DNA of 64,000 nucleotides. It comes from Parcubacteria group bacterium Athens0714_16 (GTDB lineage Bacteria; Patescibacteriota; Minisyncoccia; Phycocordibacterales; 21-14-all-36-13). The DNA lies in NCBI GenBank assembly GCA_007376805.1, contig VMGX01000001.1, forward strand, positions 70,461-134,460, read 5' to 3'. Shown piece by piece: positions 39,336-50,058 of this stretch. The notes under the pieces were generated by a model that ran no database searches, was not told the origin of the DNA, and saw only the letters and a list, made by a program, of their open reading frames with translations. Position numbers and translations under genes: made by a program. Positions within the stretch are counted from its first letter, which is position 1; each line of letters opens with the position of its first letter.

Positions 39336-40058
39336 TTATACTTTAGATTTTGTAGCGTTTTGTGCAGACTTGCAAGCTTCTACTATTTGATTAACAAAAA
39401 AAGTTACACTGGCTAAGGAAGAATCGTTTGCTGGAATTGGATAATCTATATCAGTAAAATCACAATCCGAACTGCAAAGAGCCACTATTGGTATCTTTTT
39501 TATTATTGCTTCTGCAACAGCATTTTTTTCTTTTCTGGAATCAATTACAAATAAAGCGGAGGGTAAATTAGGCATTGAGACAATACCACCAAAACTTTCT
39601 TCGAGTTTTTTAATTTCCCTATCCATAAGCAATCTCTCTTTTTTTGTATGTTTTGAAAATTCACCCTTTTCTTTTTTTTCTTTCATATCAACCAATCTTT
39701 TAACTCTTTTTTTTATTTCAGAAAAATTTGTTAATGTCCCACCAATCCATCTACCTGCAACATATGGTTGAAGAGCACCTTCTGCACCATATTGAATAAC
39801 ATTTTTAAATTCATTTTTACCAGAAACAAAAACGATTTGTTTGCCATTTTCAACAATAGATTTTACAAATTCTTTCGCTTCTTCAAGTGCTTTTTCTGTT
39901 TTTTCTAAATCAAAAATTTCTACTCTATTTTTTGCACCAAATATATATTTCTTTGCTGATGGGTGTCTTCTTGATTTTGAATAACCATAATGAGCTCCAG
40001 ATTTAAACATCTGTTCAATAGTAGCGTTGTTTTCTGTTTTTTCCATTTTCTTTTCCAT
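39336..40058 (-). CDS. rpsB: 30S ribosomal protein S2
   Basis: GAHYG, RWIGGTLTN, IPAND. Confidence 0.96.
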   Translation of the reverse strand: MEKKMEKTENNATIEQMFKSGAHYGYSKSRRHPSAKKYIFGAKNRVEIFDLEKTEKALEEAKEFVKSIVENGKQIVFVSGKNEFKNVIQYGAEGALQPYVAGRWIGGTLTNFSEIKKRVKRLVDMKEKKEKGEFSKHTKKERLLMDREIKKLEESFGGIVSMPNLPSALFVIDSRKEKNAVAEAIIKKIPIVALCSSDCDFTDIDYPIPANDSSLASVTFFVNQIVEACKSAQNATKSKV

Positions 40059-40153
40059 TTATAAATTAATACACCGCAAAAGTTTACCAGAAGAAGCGTT
40101 ATTTTGCAACAGTTCTTTGTTGGTTTACTTTTATGCTATTTAACCATCAGATT

Positions 40154-41110
40154 TCAATTTTGTTCCTCAACTGGGTTCTGGAGTTTATCAATAATATCTT
40201 CCATATGACCAGCCATTATATTTTCAATATTATGCCAAGATTCTTTAATACGATGGTCTGTAATTCTATCTTGTAAATAATTATAAGTCCTTATTTTTTC
40301 AGATCTATCACCAGAACCAATTTGTGATTTTCTTTCTGCTGATAATTTTTTTGCCTCTTCTTCTTGATGTGCTACTTCAAGTCTTGCTTGCAAAATACTC
40401 ATAGCTTTTTCACGATTTTTTAACTGACTTCTTTCTTCTGTACATCTCACAGCAATTCCGGTTGGTTTGTGTATGAGGCGAACAGCAGTTTCAACCTTGT
40501 TTACATTTTGCCCACCAGCACCTCCAGAACGAGAAAATTCCATTTCAATATCCGAAGGATTTATTTCTACACTACTTTTCTTTCTAATTGGTAAAACCGC
40601 AACGGATGCAGTTGAGGTATGTATTCTTCCGGATTTTTCTGTCGCTGGAATTCTTTGAACACGGTGCACTCCCGTTTCATAACGCATTTTTTTATAAACA
40701 TCCTTCCCTCTTATTTCAAAAATTACTTCTTTATAACCACCAAGTGAGTTTCTCGATTCATCTATTTTTTTAAAACTCCACCCATTAAATTCGGCAAATT
40801 TTTCATACATCAAAGATAAATCTTCTGCAAAAATAGACGCCTCGTCTCCACCCGCACCCGCACGAACTTCTATAATTATTTCATTCGGAAATTCCTCTTC
40901 TTCTTTTTCAGATAAAATAATGTCTTGAATTTGTTTTTCTATGGCTTCTTTTTGAATCACAACCGAAGACAGTTCGTTTTCAGCGAGCTCTTTCATATCA
41001 ACATCTTTCATCATTTTTCTTATTTCTTCTTCTTCTTTGAAAAGTCGTTCGTATTCCTTTGTTAGAAAAGATGTTTTTGGATTCTTTTTTAATTCTTCTA
41101 TGTTTTCCAT
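40154..41110 (-). CDS. prfA: Peptide chain release factor 1
   Basis: PAT tripeptide, [14 protein letters not shown]. Confidence 0.95.
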   Translation of the reverse strand: MENIEELKKNPKTSFLTKEYERLFKEEEEIRKMMKDVDMKELAENELSSVVIQKEAIEKQIQDIILSEKEEEEFPNEIIIEVRAGAGGDEASIFAEDLSLMYEKFAEFNGWSFKKIDESRNSLGGYKEVIFEIRGKDVYKKMRYETGVHRVQRIPATEKSGRIHTSTASVAVLPIRKKSSVEINPSDIEMEFSRSGGAGGQNVNKVETAVRLIHKPTGIAVRCTEERSQLKNREKAMSILQARLEVAHQEEEAKKLSAERKSQIGSGDRSEKIRTYNYLQDRITDHRIKESWHNIENIMAGHMEDIIDKLQNPVEEQN

Positions 41111-41176
41111 AATTTATATTATACAACAGAAAAAGCGTTCCGTTTTAAAACAGATACGCTTTTTGCTTTTTCTTAG

Positions 41177-41425
41177 TTATTTTTTAGTCTTTGGAGTTTT
41201 TTTAACCTCTTTTTTTGTTGTTTCCGCTTTTGCCATTCTTGTTTTAAATTTCTCAACTCTTCCTGCTGTATCAACTATCTTTTCATTTCCTGTATAAAAT
41301 GGATGACAAGCACCACAAATTTCCACATCTATCTTTTCTAATGTAGATCCTACTTCAAATTTGTTTCCACAAGCACAAGTTACCTTCGCTTTTGGGTAAT
41401 ATTTTGGATGAATGTCTTTTTTCAT
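41177..41425 (-). CDS. rpmE: 50S ribosomal protein L31 (Zn-binding type)
   Basis: [23 protein letters not shown]. Confidence 0.95.
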   Translation of the reverse strand: MKKDIHPKYYPKAKVTCACGNKFEVGSTLEKIDVEICGACHPFYTGNEKIVDTAGRVEKFKTRMAKAETTKKEVKKTPKTKK

Positions 41426-41506
41426 AACTAAATTAGAATAGCATAAAAAAATAAAAAAACAACTATAAAAAAGAGGTGTCAAATAAATTCAACACCTCAA
41501 AACAAA

Positions 41507-42493
41507 CTACAATACCGCCACCGAACGAACAGACCCATCACCCCAGTGACTGTCAGAATTGCCACAACTAACGTGAGAAAGTCCACCATTAGTGGAATTA
41601 CCACCAAACAAACAAATCGTCAAATGGCCAAAAAATTCATCATACCGGCACCAAGTGTTTGTGTTGCCATCATTTTTACGAGGCATGTGTTGGTACATTT
41701 GTGGAATCACATTGGCTTCAATTGTTTTTTCAAAACGGATTTGTTTAATTTTTAAATCTAACAAATCAGCTACGTGTGGTTTGAGCTGTGTTTCAAACTC
41801 ATCTGCAGAAATATTGAATCTAGATTCCCACGGAATGTTAGAATCATATTTAATTTTTTCTTCCTTTCTTAGTTTGAGTATGACCGAACTGAGAAAGTTA
41901 TCATTTTCATACATCTGCGAACCACTTGTATATTGTGGTTTACAACGTGTATCAATGAGTAGAGTTACACCGTCTGTTTCAACAATTTTTAGTGTAATTA
42001 AATTACCGTTGATATTATGAAGAATTTTACCAGCAGTAACATTTTCGTAAAACCAATCATTAGGTTTTATTTTCCAGCCGGGATAATTATTCTTTGGCAT
42101 AAATGCCATTTTTGGAATAAAATGTGGTTCAAGCATTAAACTTTTCCAATATTGAATTTTCTTCTTTCCATATTTTTGCAAATTCTCTGCAAATTGGGTT
42201 AAATCAAATTCCTTACCGAAGAAAGCTAAATGTGCTTTCTTCTCTGACTCAAGTATTGCATTGAGCCAGGAGGGATATTTAATTTCAGATTTCATCATTG
42301 ATTTAAACAAAGAAAAAATTTCTTCTGCTAAAATTTCTCCGTTTTGACTTAAAATTTTATTTAAATCATTTATGGAAAAATTCTCATAACACTGAAGTAA
42401 TTTAATCGCTCTAGATGTTGCCGGAATAATTGCACGAAGTGTTTCGGCAAATTTTCCGATTTCATTTGGGGTTGTTCCATTCTTTTCAGACAT
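41507..42493 (-). CDS. DGR-target-like protein 1 (putative C-type-lectin-fold C-terminus)
   Basis: C-terminus GGNSTNGGLSHV...SDSHWGDGSVRSVAVL, NNY-codon-rich; downstream hairpin 41473-41498. Confidence 0.6.
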   Translation of the reverse strand: MSEKNGTTPNEIGKFAETLRAIIPATSRAIKLLQCYENFSINDLNKILSQNGEILAEEIFSLFKSMMKSEIKYPSWLNAILESEKKAHLAFFGKEFDLTQFAENLQKYGKKKIQYWKSLMLEPHFIPKMAFMPKNNYPGWKIKPNDWFYENVTAGKILHNINGNLITLKIVETDGVTLLIDTRCKPQYTSGSQMYENDNFLSSVILKLRKEEKIKYDSNIPWESRFNISADEFETQLKPHVADLLDLKIKQIRFEKTIEANVIPQMYQHMPRKNDGNTNTWCRYDEFFGHLTICLFGGNSTNGGLSHVSCGNSDSHWGDGSVRSVAVL

Positions 42494-42779
42494 GGCTGTT
42501 CCTCCTTATTTTTGTTATTAAAATATTTAAAAGAACTTGAATTTATATCAAATTCTCTGTTTTAAATGATATAACAAATCATCAAAAAAGTCAAATTTTT
42601 TCCAAAAGACTCCCCCTCGAAGAAAAAACTTATTTAAAATATGTGCACAACTACGGAGGCAAAAAACAAAGGAGGCGTTGAATAAATTCAACGCCTCAAA
42701 CAAAATTAATTACTTGTCCCGTTAAATGCGGAGCATATTTAACTGGGATGGATGAAAAAGCTCATTCAGAGCTTTTCAT

Positions 42780-44084
42780 TCATTGATTAAGTATATCAAT
42801 CTGTTTCTGATACATATCAGCAAGATCCATAACTTCATCTCCATAGAATGAATATGCTGGTTTTGATGCATTTGTCCATCCCGCAAAATATCTCAACGCC
42901 GCGAGATTTTCAGAGCTTCTGGTTCCCTTCTTTGCTCCATTATCAGCCAACAACATTGCAGAAGCGGTAAATGCGTCAAAAGGATCCCATGGATTTGGAA
43001 CACTATGCCCAGTTAAACTTGCAATCCTTTTTTCATACATAACCCAAGTAGAAGGAATAAATTGTGCTGGTCCCATTGCTCCTCCCCACCCATACCATGG
43101 TTTTTTAGAAACGGGCATCATGTCGGGATCAAAACCCAATCTTTCGGTTATTTGTTGGAACACAGGTCTGTCTCTGGTTGGATGCATGTCGGTTTTCCAA
43201 TTTCCCGTTCCAACGTTTTGTCCAAGATTTGATTCCTCAGCTATAACACCTAAAATAAACGCGGGTCTAACCCCTGTTTTTTTACCAACGAGTGTTGCAT
43301 ATTCAAGTGCCTTTTCAAAAGATATGGCAGTAGAACCTCTAAGTGTGAACAGCTCTGAACGGATTTCTGCTGCGGATTTTTGTTTGGCTTTTAATATTTT
43401 TTGGTATATTGCCTCTTCTCCCTTACTTACATTCAAAATTTGTTTTTTTTCTGCTTTTTGTTGTTCTATTTTCTTTTTTTCTCTATCTTGAATGTTTTTT
43501 AATTCTATTTCTGCCGTTCTCTTGTCAACTAAAGATTCTTTTTGCACATTTGTTACTGTTTTTGTTTCTTCTATCTGTGAAAATGAATCTGAAAGAGCGG
43601 TTTCAATTGATGAAAACATATCAACATCCTCAAAAAAATCAGATAAATTTTTATTACTCAAAATAACTTCAACTAATGAAAAAGAATCTATTTCATTTCT
43701 TTTTTTAAGTAGCTGAGCCAAAGATTTTTTTTCTTTTATTATTTTTTCATTCAAAGAAACAATTGTTGTTTCCTTTCCTCTAATATCAACGGAAAGTTTT
43801 GATATGGTTATCTCTCTCGCACGAATGCTTAATTCTGATTTTTTTATTTCAGCATCTATAATTGCAATATCTCTTTCTAATGATTGTGATTGTGCTTTTT
43901 TACTATCTAGAATTGCCTGTTGATGTGCTATCTCTTGTTCAAGTACTGTTAATTCACTTTCAAGCTGATTTCTACGAGAACTTACTTGTTCTTGTGCCGT
44001 TTGTGCAAAAACTACATTACCAAAAGATAATGTCATCAAAAATATAACCGCTGAAAGAATAAGCGGATGATTGTGTTTCCACAT
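42780..44084 (-). CDS. Coiled-coil + lytic transglycosylase (SLT-like) cell-wall hydrolase
   Basis: Signal peptide, long coiled coil, EES, GGAMGPAQFIPSTW, NPWDP. Confidence 0.85.
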   Translation of the reverse strand: MWKHNHPLILSAVIFLMTLSFGNVVFAQTAQEQVSSRRNQLESELTVLEQEIAHQQAILDSKKAQSQSLERDIAIIDAEIKKSELSIRAREITISKLSVDIRGKETTIVSLNEKIIKEKKSLAQLLKKRNEIDSFSLVEVILSNKNLSDFFEDVDMFSSIETALSDSFSQIEETKTVTNVQKESLVDKRTAEIELKNIQDREKKKIEQQKAEKKQILNVSKGEEAIYQKILKAKQKSAAEIRSELFTLRGSTAISFEKALEYATLVGKKTGVRPAFILGVIAEESNLGQNVGTGNWKTDMHPTRDRPVFQQITERLGFDPDMMPVSKKPWYGWGGAMGPAQFIPSTWVMYEKRIASLTGHSVPNPWDPFDAFTASAMLLADNGAKKGTRSSENLAALRYFAGWTNASKPAYSFYGDEVMDLADMYQKQIDILNQ

Positions 44085-44201
44085 ATTGCTTAATATTATA
44101 CTAAACTTATTGAATAAAACGAAAACTTTTTTACACAAAAAAGAGACATAACGTCTCTTTTTTAATTCAAAAAAATAAAAAATTATGGATTGAAAAGCTC
44201 A

Positions 44202-44846
44202 TTAAGAGCTTTTCAATTCTTCTCCCTCTTTTTCTTCCTTACCCTTCTTTTCAACTTCAATTGATGATAAGTCTGCTTCAACAACAGGAGCTTCTTCTTC
44301 CTCTTTTGGTTGTTCAACCAAAACAATAATTTCTTCTGGTTCTTCTGTGGTCCTTACACCTGCTGAGAATTTTAAATCTTTAATCGCAATATGGCCATCA
44401 ATCTCAGTAATACTTGATACATCAACAATAATTTCGTGAGGTAAATTACTTGGTTCTGCCTCAACTTCAATTTCGTGCAAAATTTTAACAAGCGCACCAC
44501 CAAGGTTTTTAACAGCTGGTGATTCACCAATAAATTCAATCGGTATCGAAACTGTAACTGTTTGTCCTTTTTCTACAACATAAAAATCAGCGTGTACGGG
44601 TTCATCTGAAACAGGATGTAACTGAACATCGTGTATAAGTGCTTGCATTTCTGTATTTCCATTTTTTATATTAAAAACTCCTGATTCACCAACTTCTTTC
44701 CACATTTTTTTAAATTGAATCATAGAAACAAGCACGGGTGTAGATTCCGTTTTTTTACCATAATAAACAGCTGGCATATTGCCCTCATTTCTTATTTCTT
44801 CTGGTGTTTTTATATTATCTCTCTTTTTTACTTCAAGTGTTTTCAT
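44202..44846 (-). CDS. rplY: 50S ribosomal protein L25/Ctc
   Basis: PAVYYG, DVQLHPV, HADFY, GESPAVK. Confidence 0.93.
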   Translation of the reverse strand: MKTLEVKKRDNIKTPEEIRNEGNMPAVYYGKKTESTPVLVSMIQFKKMWKEVGESGVFNIKNGNTEMQALIHDVQLHPVSDEPVHADFYVVEKGQTVTVSIPIEFIGESPAVKNLGGALVKILHEIEVEAEPSNLPHEIIVDVSSITEIDGHIAIKDLKFSAGVRTTEEPEEIIVLVEQPKEEEEAPVVEADLSSIEVEKKGKEEKEGEELKSS

Positions 44847-44934
44847 AATAATTAACAGGTGTAAGTATACCGAAAATAACCAAGAAAGCAAGAAAACAAA
44901 GAAGCAAAAAACATCTGCGTCTATCTGCGATTTT

Positions 44935-45819
44935 TTATCTGCCTGAATCTGCGTTCAAAAAATTAAACAATTTCATTCTTTCTTCCACCACCTTTTCCAT
45001 CGCCAATACGACACTTTTCATTATTTTATACGGTGCTATTTCGTCAGGATTTTCTTGAAGAAATAATTGAATTGCTTTTTTGTATGCCAATCTTATTTCT
45101 GTGTTTATATGTATGATGGAAATTCCAGCTTTTATAGCTTTTTTAAAATCTTCATCGGTTGTCCCTGAACCACCGTGTAGAACTAACGGTACACCTGCTT
45201 CTTTTCTTATTTCTTTTATAAGTTCTATATTTAGAGACGGATCTTTCCCAACCCCCAACATACCATGAATATTGCCAACGGCTGGTGCAAACAAATCAAT
45301 CCCGGTTTTTTTAACAAAATATTTTGCGTCTGTTGGTTTTGTTAATGAGTTTTCATCTAAATTTACATCTTCTGGTATTTCATCCAAAATTTTTGACGAA
45401 GAGCCTATAAATCCAAGTTCTGCTTCAACTAAAATTTTTGGATTAGTTTTTTTAACATATTCAACACACTGTTTTGTTATTTTTATATTTTCTTCAGTAC
45501 TCAACTTTGCTCCATCAAAAATTACAGAATCAAAACCAGCATCTACAACTTCTTTAACCCTTTCAAAAGAATATGTATGGTCAGCATTTAAAAAAATTGG
45601 ATAGTTGTGTTCTTCGCGTAAACTTTTAACCAACGCTACAACTTGTTTAATTCCGATAAAATCTCTTTCTCCTTCTGATACACCAATTATCACTGGTAAA
45701 TTAAGTTTTTTCGCTACATTAAAAACAGCATGCAATCCTTCAATATTTGAAATATTAAAATGTCCAACGGCAACACCTGTCTTTTCAGCATTTTCTATTG
45801 TTTTCTTTAATGTTTCCAT
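44935..45819 (-). CDS. fba: Class II fructose-bisphosphate aldolase
   Basis: ADH, VEAELG, GNIHG, LVLHGGSG, INTE. Confidence 0.92.
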   Translation of the reverse strand: METLKKTIENAEKTGVAVGHFNISNIEGLHAVFNVAKKLNLPVIIGVSEGERDFIGIKQVVALVKSLREEHNYPIFLNADHTYSFERVKEVVDAGFDSVIFDGAKLSTEENIKITKQCVEYVKKTNPKILVEAELGFIGSSSKILDEIPEDVNLDENSLTKPTDAKYFVKKTGIDLFAPAVGNIHGMLGVGKDPSLNIELIKEIRKEAGVPLVLHGGSGTTDEDFKKAIKAGISIIHINTEIRLAYKKAIQLFLQENPDEIAPYKIMKSVVLAMEKVVEERMKLFNFLNADSGR

Positions 45820-45890
45820 GGTTAATATTGTACCACATGATTTCCACTAATTTTTTAATTAATGTGCAAAATTCATGCTAATATTTATGT

Positions 45891-46898
45891 ATGGGATTAT
45901 TTACTAAAAAACAATTTGATTTTATCGGGATCGGAGATATAACAAACGATGCATTTATTCGCGTTAAAGAAGCAAATATTTCGTGCGACGAACAAAATAA
46001 AAAATGCCAAATTTGTTTAAACTTTGCAGACAAAATTGCCTACGATCATGTGACTGTAGTAAAAGGTGTTGGGAACGCTTCAAACGCATCCGTATGCGCA
46101 CATAGATTGGGTTTGAGTTCTTCGATTGTTGCAAATGTTGGTGATGATGAAAATGGACTGGCATGTGTAGAAACATTAAAAAACGAAGGTGTTGGCACTG
46201 AATTTATAAAAATCCAAAAAGGAAGAGAAACAAATTATAATTATTTAATTTTATACGAAGAAGAAAGAACAATACTTTCAAAACATAGGGAGTATGATTA
46301 TAAACTTCCAAATATCGGCTCACCAAAATTTGTTTATTTTAGTTCTCTTGGAGAAGATACGATTGATTACCACAACGAAATTGCAAATTATATTGAAAAA
46401 CATCCAGAAATAAATTTTGTATTCCAGCCCGGAACATTTCAAATAAAACTCGGCTACGAACCATTAAAAAAAATATATCAGTTGAGTAAATTATTTTTCT
46501 GCAACAAAATGGAAGCAAAAAGAATTTTAGAAACAGAAGAAGACAATATAACCGAATTACTTAAAATGATGTACAACAGAGGACCTAAAATTGTTGTTAT
46601 AACAGATGCAATAAATGGTGCATATTCATATGATGGAAATGAGGTGTGGAAAATCCCAATGTATCCTGATCCAAAACCACCAATCGACAGAACGGGTGCT
46701 GGTGATGCATTTTCAGCAACATTTACTTCAGCAATCGCACTTGGAAAAACAATCAAAGAAGCTCTTATGTGGGGACCAATCAATTCCATGTCTGTTGTTC
46801 AATATGTTGGAGCACGAAGAGGACTTTTAACTCGTGAAGCATTAGAAAAATACCTTGCTGAAGCACCTTTATTCTATAAACCCGAAAGATTTCTATAA
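45891..46898 (+). CDS. PfkB-family carbohydrate kinase
   Basis: GNASN..LG..VGDDENG, DRTGAGDAF. Confidence 0.9.
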   Translation: MGLFTKKQFDFIGIGDITNDAFIRVKEANISCDEQNKKCQICLNFADKIAYDHVTVVKGVGNASNASVCAHRLGLSSSIVANVGDDENGLACVETLKNEGVGTEFIKIQKGRETNYNYLILYEEERTILSKHREYDYKLPNIGSPKFVYFSSLGEDTIDYHNEIANYIEKHPEINFVFQPGTFQIKLGYEPLKKIYQLSKLFFCNKMEAKRILETEEDNITELLKMMYNRGPKIVVITDAINGAYSYDGNEVWKIPMYPDPKPPIDRTGAGDAFSATFTSAIALGKTIKEALMWGPINSMSVVQYVGARRGLLTREALEKYLAEAPLFYKPERFL

Positions 46899-46995
46899 CC
46901 ACAAAAAACACGGCTCAATAAAGCCGTGTTTTTTAATATTAAAAAGAAAGTTTAAAAACACTTGACTTTCTTTTTAATATATGATATTATTATAC

Positions 46996-47143
46996 CAGAT
47001 ACTTAGATTACAGCACCAGCCAACTTGCGGAGTGAGAAATACTCACACCCACCAAAAAAACGGCTGTGATCTAAAAAAACAAATTCCCACATAAAAGCCT
47101 CGTTGCAAACTTCCAATCATCTGCAACGAGGCTATCTTTTTTT
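46996..47143 (+). ncRNA. Candidate small RNA unit C
   Basis: TTGACT-17-TATTAT; 12-bp stem 47003-14/47063-74; terminator 47096-47133+T-run. Confidence 0.45.
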
Positions 47144-47211
47144 AAACAAAAAAAATATTACTTGTCCCGTTAAATACAAAGTATATTTAATTGGGATGGA
47201 TCAAAAATCTC

Positions 47212-48213
47212 TTAATAAGATTCTTGATTTCTTTTAATAACTTTCACAATCGCTTTTTTAATTGATTCGACATCAAGTCCATAATGTTTAATTAATTCAG
47301 CCGAAGAACCTGATTGTCCAAATTTATTATTTATTCCAACAAATTCAATTGGTACTGGATATGTTTTTGCCAAAAATTCTGCAACCGCAGAACCCATACC
47401 TCCTGCAATTTGATGATCTTCAACTGTAACAATCGCCCCCGTTCTTTTTGCAACACCTAAAATTAATTCTTCATCCATTGGTTTAACGGTGTGATTATTT
47501 ACAACCAAAACTTGTATTCCCTCTTTCTCTAATTCTTTTGCACAAAGCAACGCATTATAAACAAGATATCCAATCGCAATAATTGTAACTACCGGATTAC
47601 TAGAATCCCACAAAATATCTGCCTTTCCAATTTTAAAAGGAGAATCCTCTGTGGTTATAACCGGCACCTTGCTTCTGTCGAAACGCATATAAACAGGTTT
47701 ATTATGTTCAATCATTTCACCAACAGCTTTTTTTGCTTCTTCATAATCGCATGGAACAATTACAGTTACATTTGGTAAAATTCGCATGAGTGCAATATCT
47801 TCAAGTGATTGATGTGTCGCACCATCTTCACCAACGGCAATACCAGCATGTGAACCAATCATTTTTACAGGAACATTGTTTAGTGCAATTGTGGTTCTTA
47901 TCTGTTCCCAATTCCTCCCGGGACTAAAAGCAGCAAACGAAGTCATAAAAGGAATTTTGCCATAACAAGCAAGACCAGAAGCAACTGTTGCCAAGTTTTG
48001 TTCAGCAACACCAACTTCAAAATATCTTTCAGGAAATCTTTCTTCAAACTGAGTTAATCTTATTGAATCAGATAAATCCGCAGATAAAGCAACAACTTTC
48101 CTATTTTTCTCCCCAGCAAAAAGAAGCCCTTGCCCAAAACCGTCACGAATGTATTTTTTTTCTACATCCGCATCAAAAAGTTTTGGGTTTAAATGTTTGG
48201 TTCTATTTAGCAT
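47212..48213 (-). CDS. Transketolase, C-terminal subunit
   Basis: GVAEQN, GEDGATHQ, TVKPMD, GGMGSAV. Confidence 0.92.
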   Translation of the reverse strand: MLNRTKHLNPKLFDADVEKKYIRDGFGQGLLFAGEKNRKVVALSADLSDSIRLTQFEERFPERYFEVGVAEQNLATVASGLACYGKIPFMTSFAAFSPGRNWEQIRTTIALNNVPVKMIGSHAGIAVGEDGATHQSLEDIALMRILPNVTVIVPCDYEEAKKAVGEMIEHNKPVYMRFDRSKVPVITTEDSPFKIGKADILWDSSNPVVTIIAIGYLVYNALLCAKELEKEGIQVLVVNNHTVKPMDEELILGVAKRTGAIVTVEDHQIAGGMGSAVAEFLAKTYPVPIEFVGINNKFGQSGSSAELIKHYGLDVESIKKAIVKVIKRNQESY

Positions 48214-48267
48214 ATTCGAAATGATTATACTTGTTTTTTGTTTATTAAATTTTTATTACGATTACAA

Positions 48268-48373
48268 AAATGAAAAATGTAAATCTCAAAATGTAAAATG
48301 ACAATCAAAAATGTCAAAATCATTTTATAACTTTGCATTGTCATTTTTCATTTTGATTTTTTAATTTTCAATT
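48268..48373. repeat. Degenerate heptamer repeats in inverted arrangement between the transketolase halves
   Basis: AAAATG(T)-type units followed by (T)CATTTT-type units. Confidence 0.6.
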
Positions 48374-48418
48374 CTTATTATTATAAAATCCGATACTTAC
48401 AACAAAACATACAAAAAA

Positions 48419-49231
48419 CTAACCAGAACTCAGTTCCAACAAAAATCTCTCTCCCTGTTCCTTATTTGGTGCAATGCCATGCCACTTGTAATCATTTTCA
48501 ATTTCTTTTATTCCCTTCCCAGGAATTGTGTGGGCAATGATTACAGTTGGTTTGCCACGAGAAATTTTTGCCATTTCAACGGCATCAATAAATTTTACAA
48601 AATCATGCCCGTCAACCTCAATAACATTCCAATTGAACGCCTCATATTTATTTCTCAATGATTCTAATGGCATTACATTCTCTGTTCTGCCGGTGATTTG
48701 GATATTATTTCTATCTATAATTCCTATTAAATTATCTATTTTATATTTTCCGGCAAACATTACAGATTCCCAAAGATTTCCTTCCTGATGTTCCCCGTCG
48801 GACATTATGCAATATGTGTAAAAATCTTTTCCATCCATTTTTGCTCCAAGTGCAATACCACACGCCTGTCCTAAACCACAACCAAGCGGACCAGACGTAG
48901 TTTCCATTGATGGCAAAAATTTTCTGTCTGGGTGACCTTGAAAAATTGTTCCAAATTTTCGCAAACCATTTTCTAATTCATCTACAGAAAAATATCCAGC
49001 ATGAGCCATAGCAGAATATCTCGCAGGAACAATATGACCGTTTGATAAAATTAATCTATCTCTCTCGGGCCAGGCCGGCTCTTTTGGTTTATGTTTTAAT
49101 ATATGAAAATAAAAAGCAGTAAATATGTCCGCCATACCAAGAGACCCACCTGTGTGCCCTGATTCAGCAGAAACAAGAGATTTTATAATTGTTTTACAAA
49201 CTTCATTCGCAATTTTTTTTAATTCAATCAT
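48419..49231 (-). CDS. Transketolase, N-terminal subunit
   Basis: GHTGGSL, DRLILSNGH, QGHP, SDGEHQEG TPP motif. Confidence 0.92.
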   Translation of the reverse strand: MIELKKIANEVCKTIIKSLVSAESGHTGGSLGMADIFTAFYFHILKHKPKEPAWPERDRLILSNGHIVPARYSAMAHAGYFSVDELENGLRKFGTIFQGHPDRKFLPSMETTSGPLGCGLGQACGIALGAKMDGKDFYTYCIMSDGEHQEGNLWESVMFAGKYKIDNLIGIIDRNNIQITGRTENVMPLESLRNKYEAFNWNVIEVDGHDFVKFIDAVEMAKISRGKPTVIIAHTIPGKGIKEIENDYKWHGIAPNKEQGERFLLELSSG

Positions 49232-49233
49232 CT

Positions 49234-49923
49234 TTATGTTTTAGGAATAGCTAAATTTTTTAATTCTTCAAATGCTTCTTCAATATTATCTGCGTCAAAA
49301 ATTGCAGAACCAGATATTAATTTATTTGCACCAGCATCAACAAGAAGTTGTATTGTTTCCCTATTAACACCTATATCAACAGAGATTGGTAGGTTTGGAT
49401 ACTTATTTCTTAAATCTTTTATTTTTTCATAAATCCTCTCGTCTAATTCAACCCCGTGATGCCCAATTTTATCATTACCCATAAATTGCACGAAATTTAT
49501 TTTTTCTATTAGTGGATATATTTTTTCATTTGGAGTACTCGGGTTCAGAGAAATTCCAACCGCAATATTAGAATTTTTTATTTTTTCTATTATTTTTTCA
49601 ATTTCATTTGTGCTTTCAATATGAATTATTAAATTTATAGCACCAATATTAATCCAATTATCAATCGTTTTCTCTGGATTTTGTATCATCAAATCCATTT
49701 CAAAATTAAAATCTTGCCAGAATGGCATTCCTTCTTCTTGTTCAATTATTTTTTTAAAATCTAAATCATTTTTGTTTATGTAAGGCCATGTTGTAACTGG
49801 AGCAAAAAAACCATCCACAATATCAATTTGAACCAGTGGAGCAATATCTCTAACCATAGATAATTGTTCACTGAGATGTTCAAAGCTTTCGGGTATAATA
49901 GCTGGTATTATTTCATTTTCCAT
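49234..49923 (-). CDS. rpe: Ribulose-phosphate 3-epimerase
   Basis: QIDIVDG, DLM, IHIE, LNPSTP, VDIGV, SGSAIF. Confidence 0.85.
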   Translation of the reverse strand: MENEIIPAIIPESFEHLSEQLSMVRDIAPLVQIDIVDGFFAPVTTWPYINKNDLDFKKIIEQEEGMPFWQDFNFEMDLMIQNPEKTIDNWINIGAINLIIHIESTNEIEKIIEKIKNSNIAVGISLNPSTPNEKIYPLIEKINFVQFMGNDKIGHHGVELDERIYEKIKDLRNKYPNLPISVDIGVNRETIQLLVDAGANKLISGSAIFDADNIEEAFEELKNLAIPKT

Positions 49924-50042
49924 CCCGTTAGAGGTAGGAAATCTTTAGATTTCCGTAGTTAATTTTAATAAATAATGACTTTTTGATATATAACATTCTA
50001 CCACTTCCCGTGGTTATATTAACTGTATAACTTCTAACGGGA
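49924..50042. mobile_element. 119-bp inverted-repeat element flanked by TTCCAT direct repeats
   Basis: CCCGTTAGA...TCTAACGGG; TTCCAT at 49918-23 and 50043-48. Confidence 0.65.
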
Positions 50043-50058
50043 TTCCATAATTATGTTT

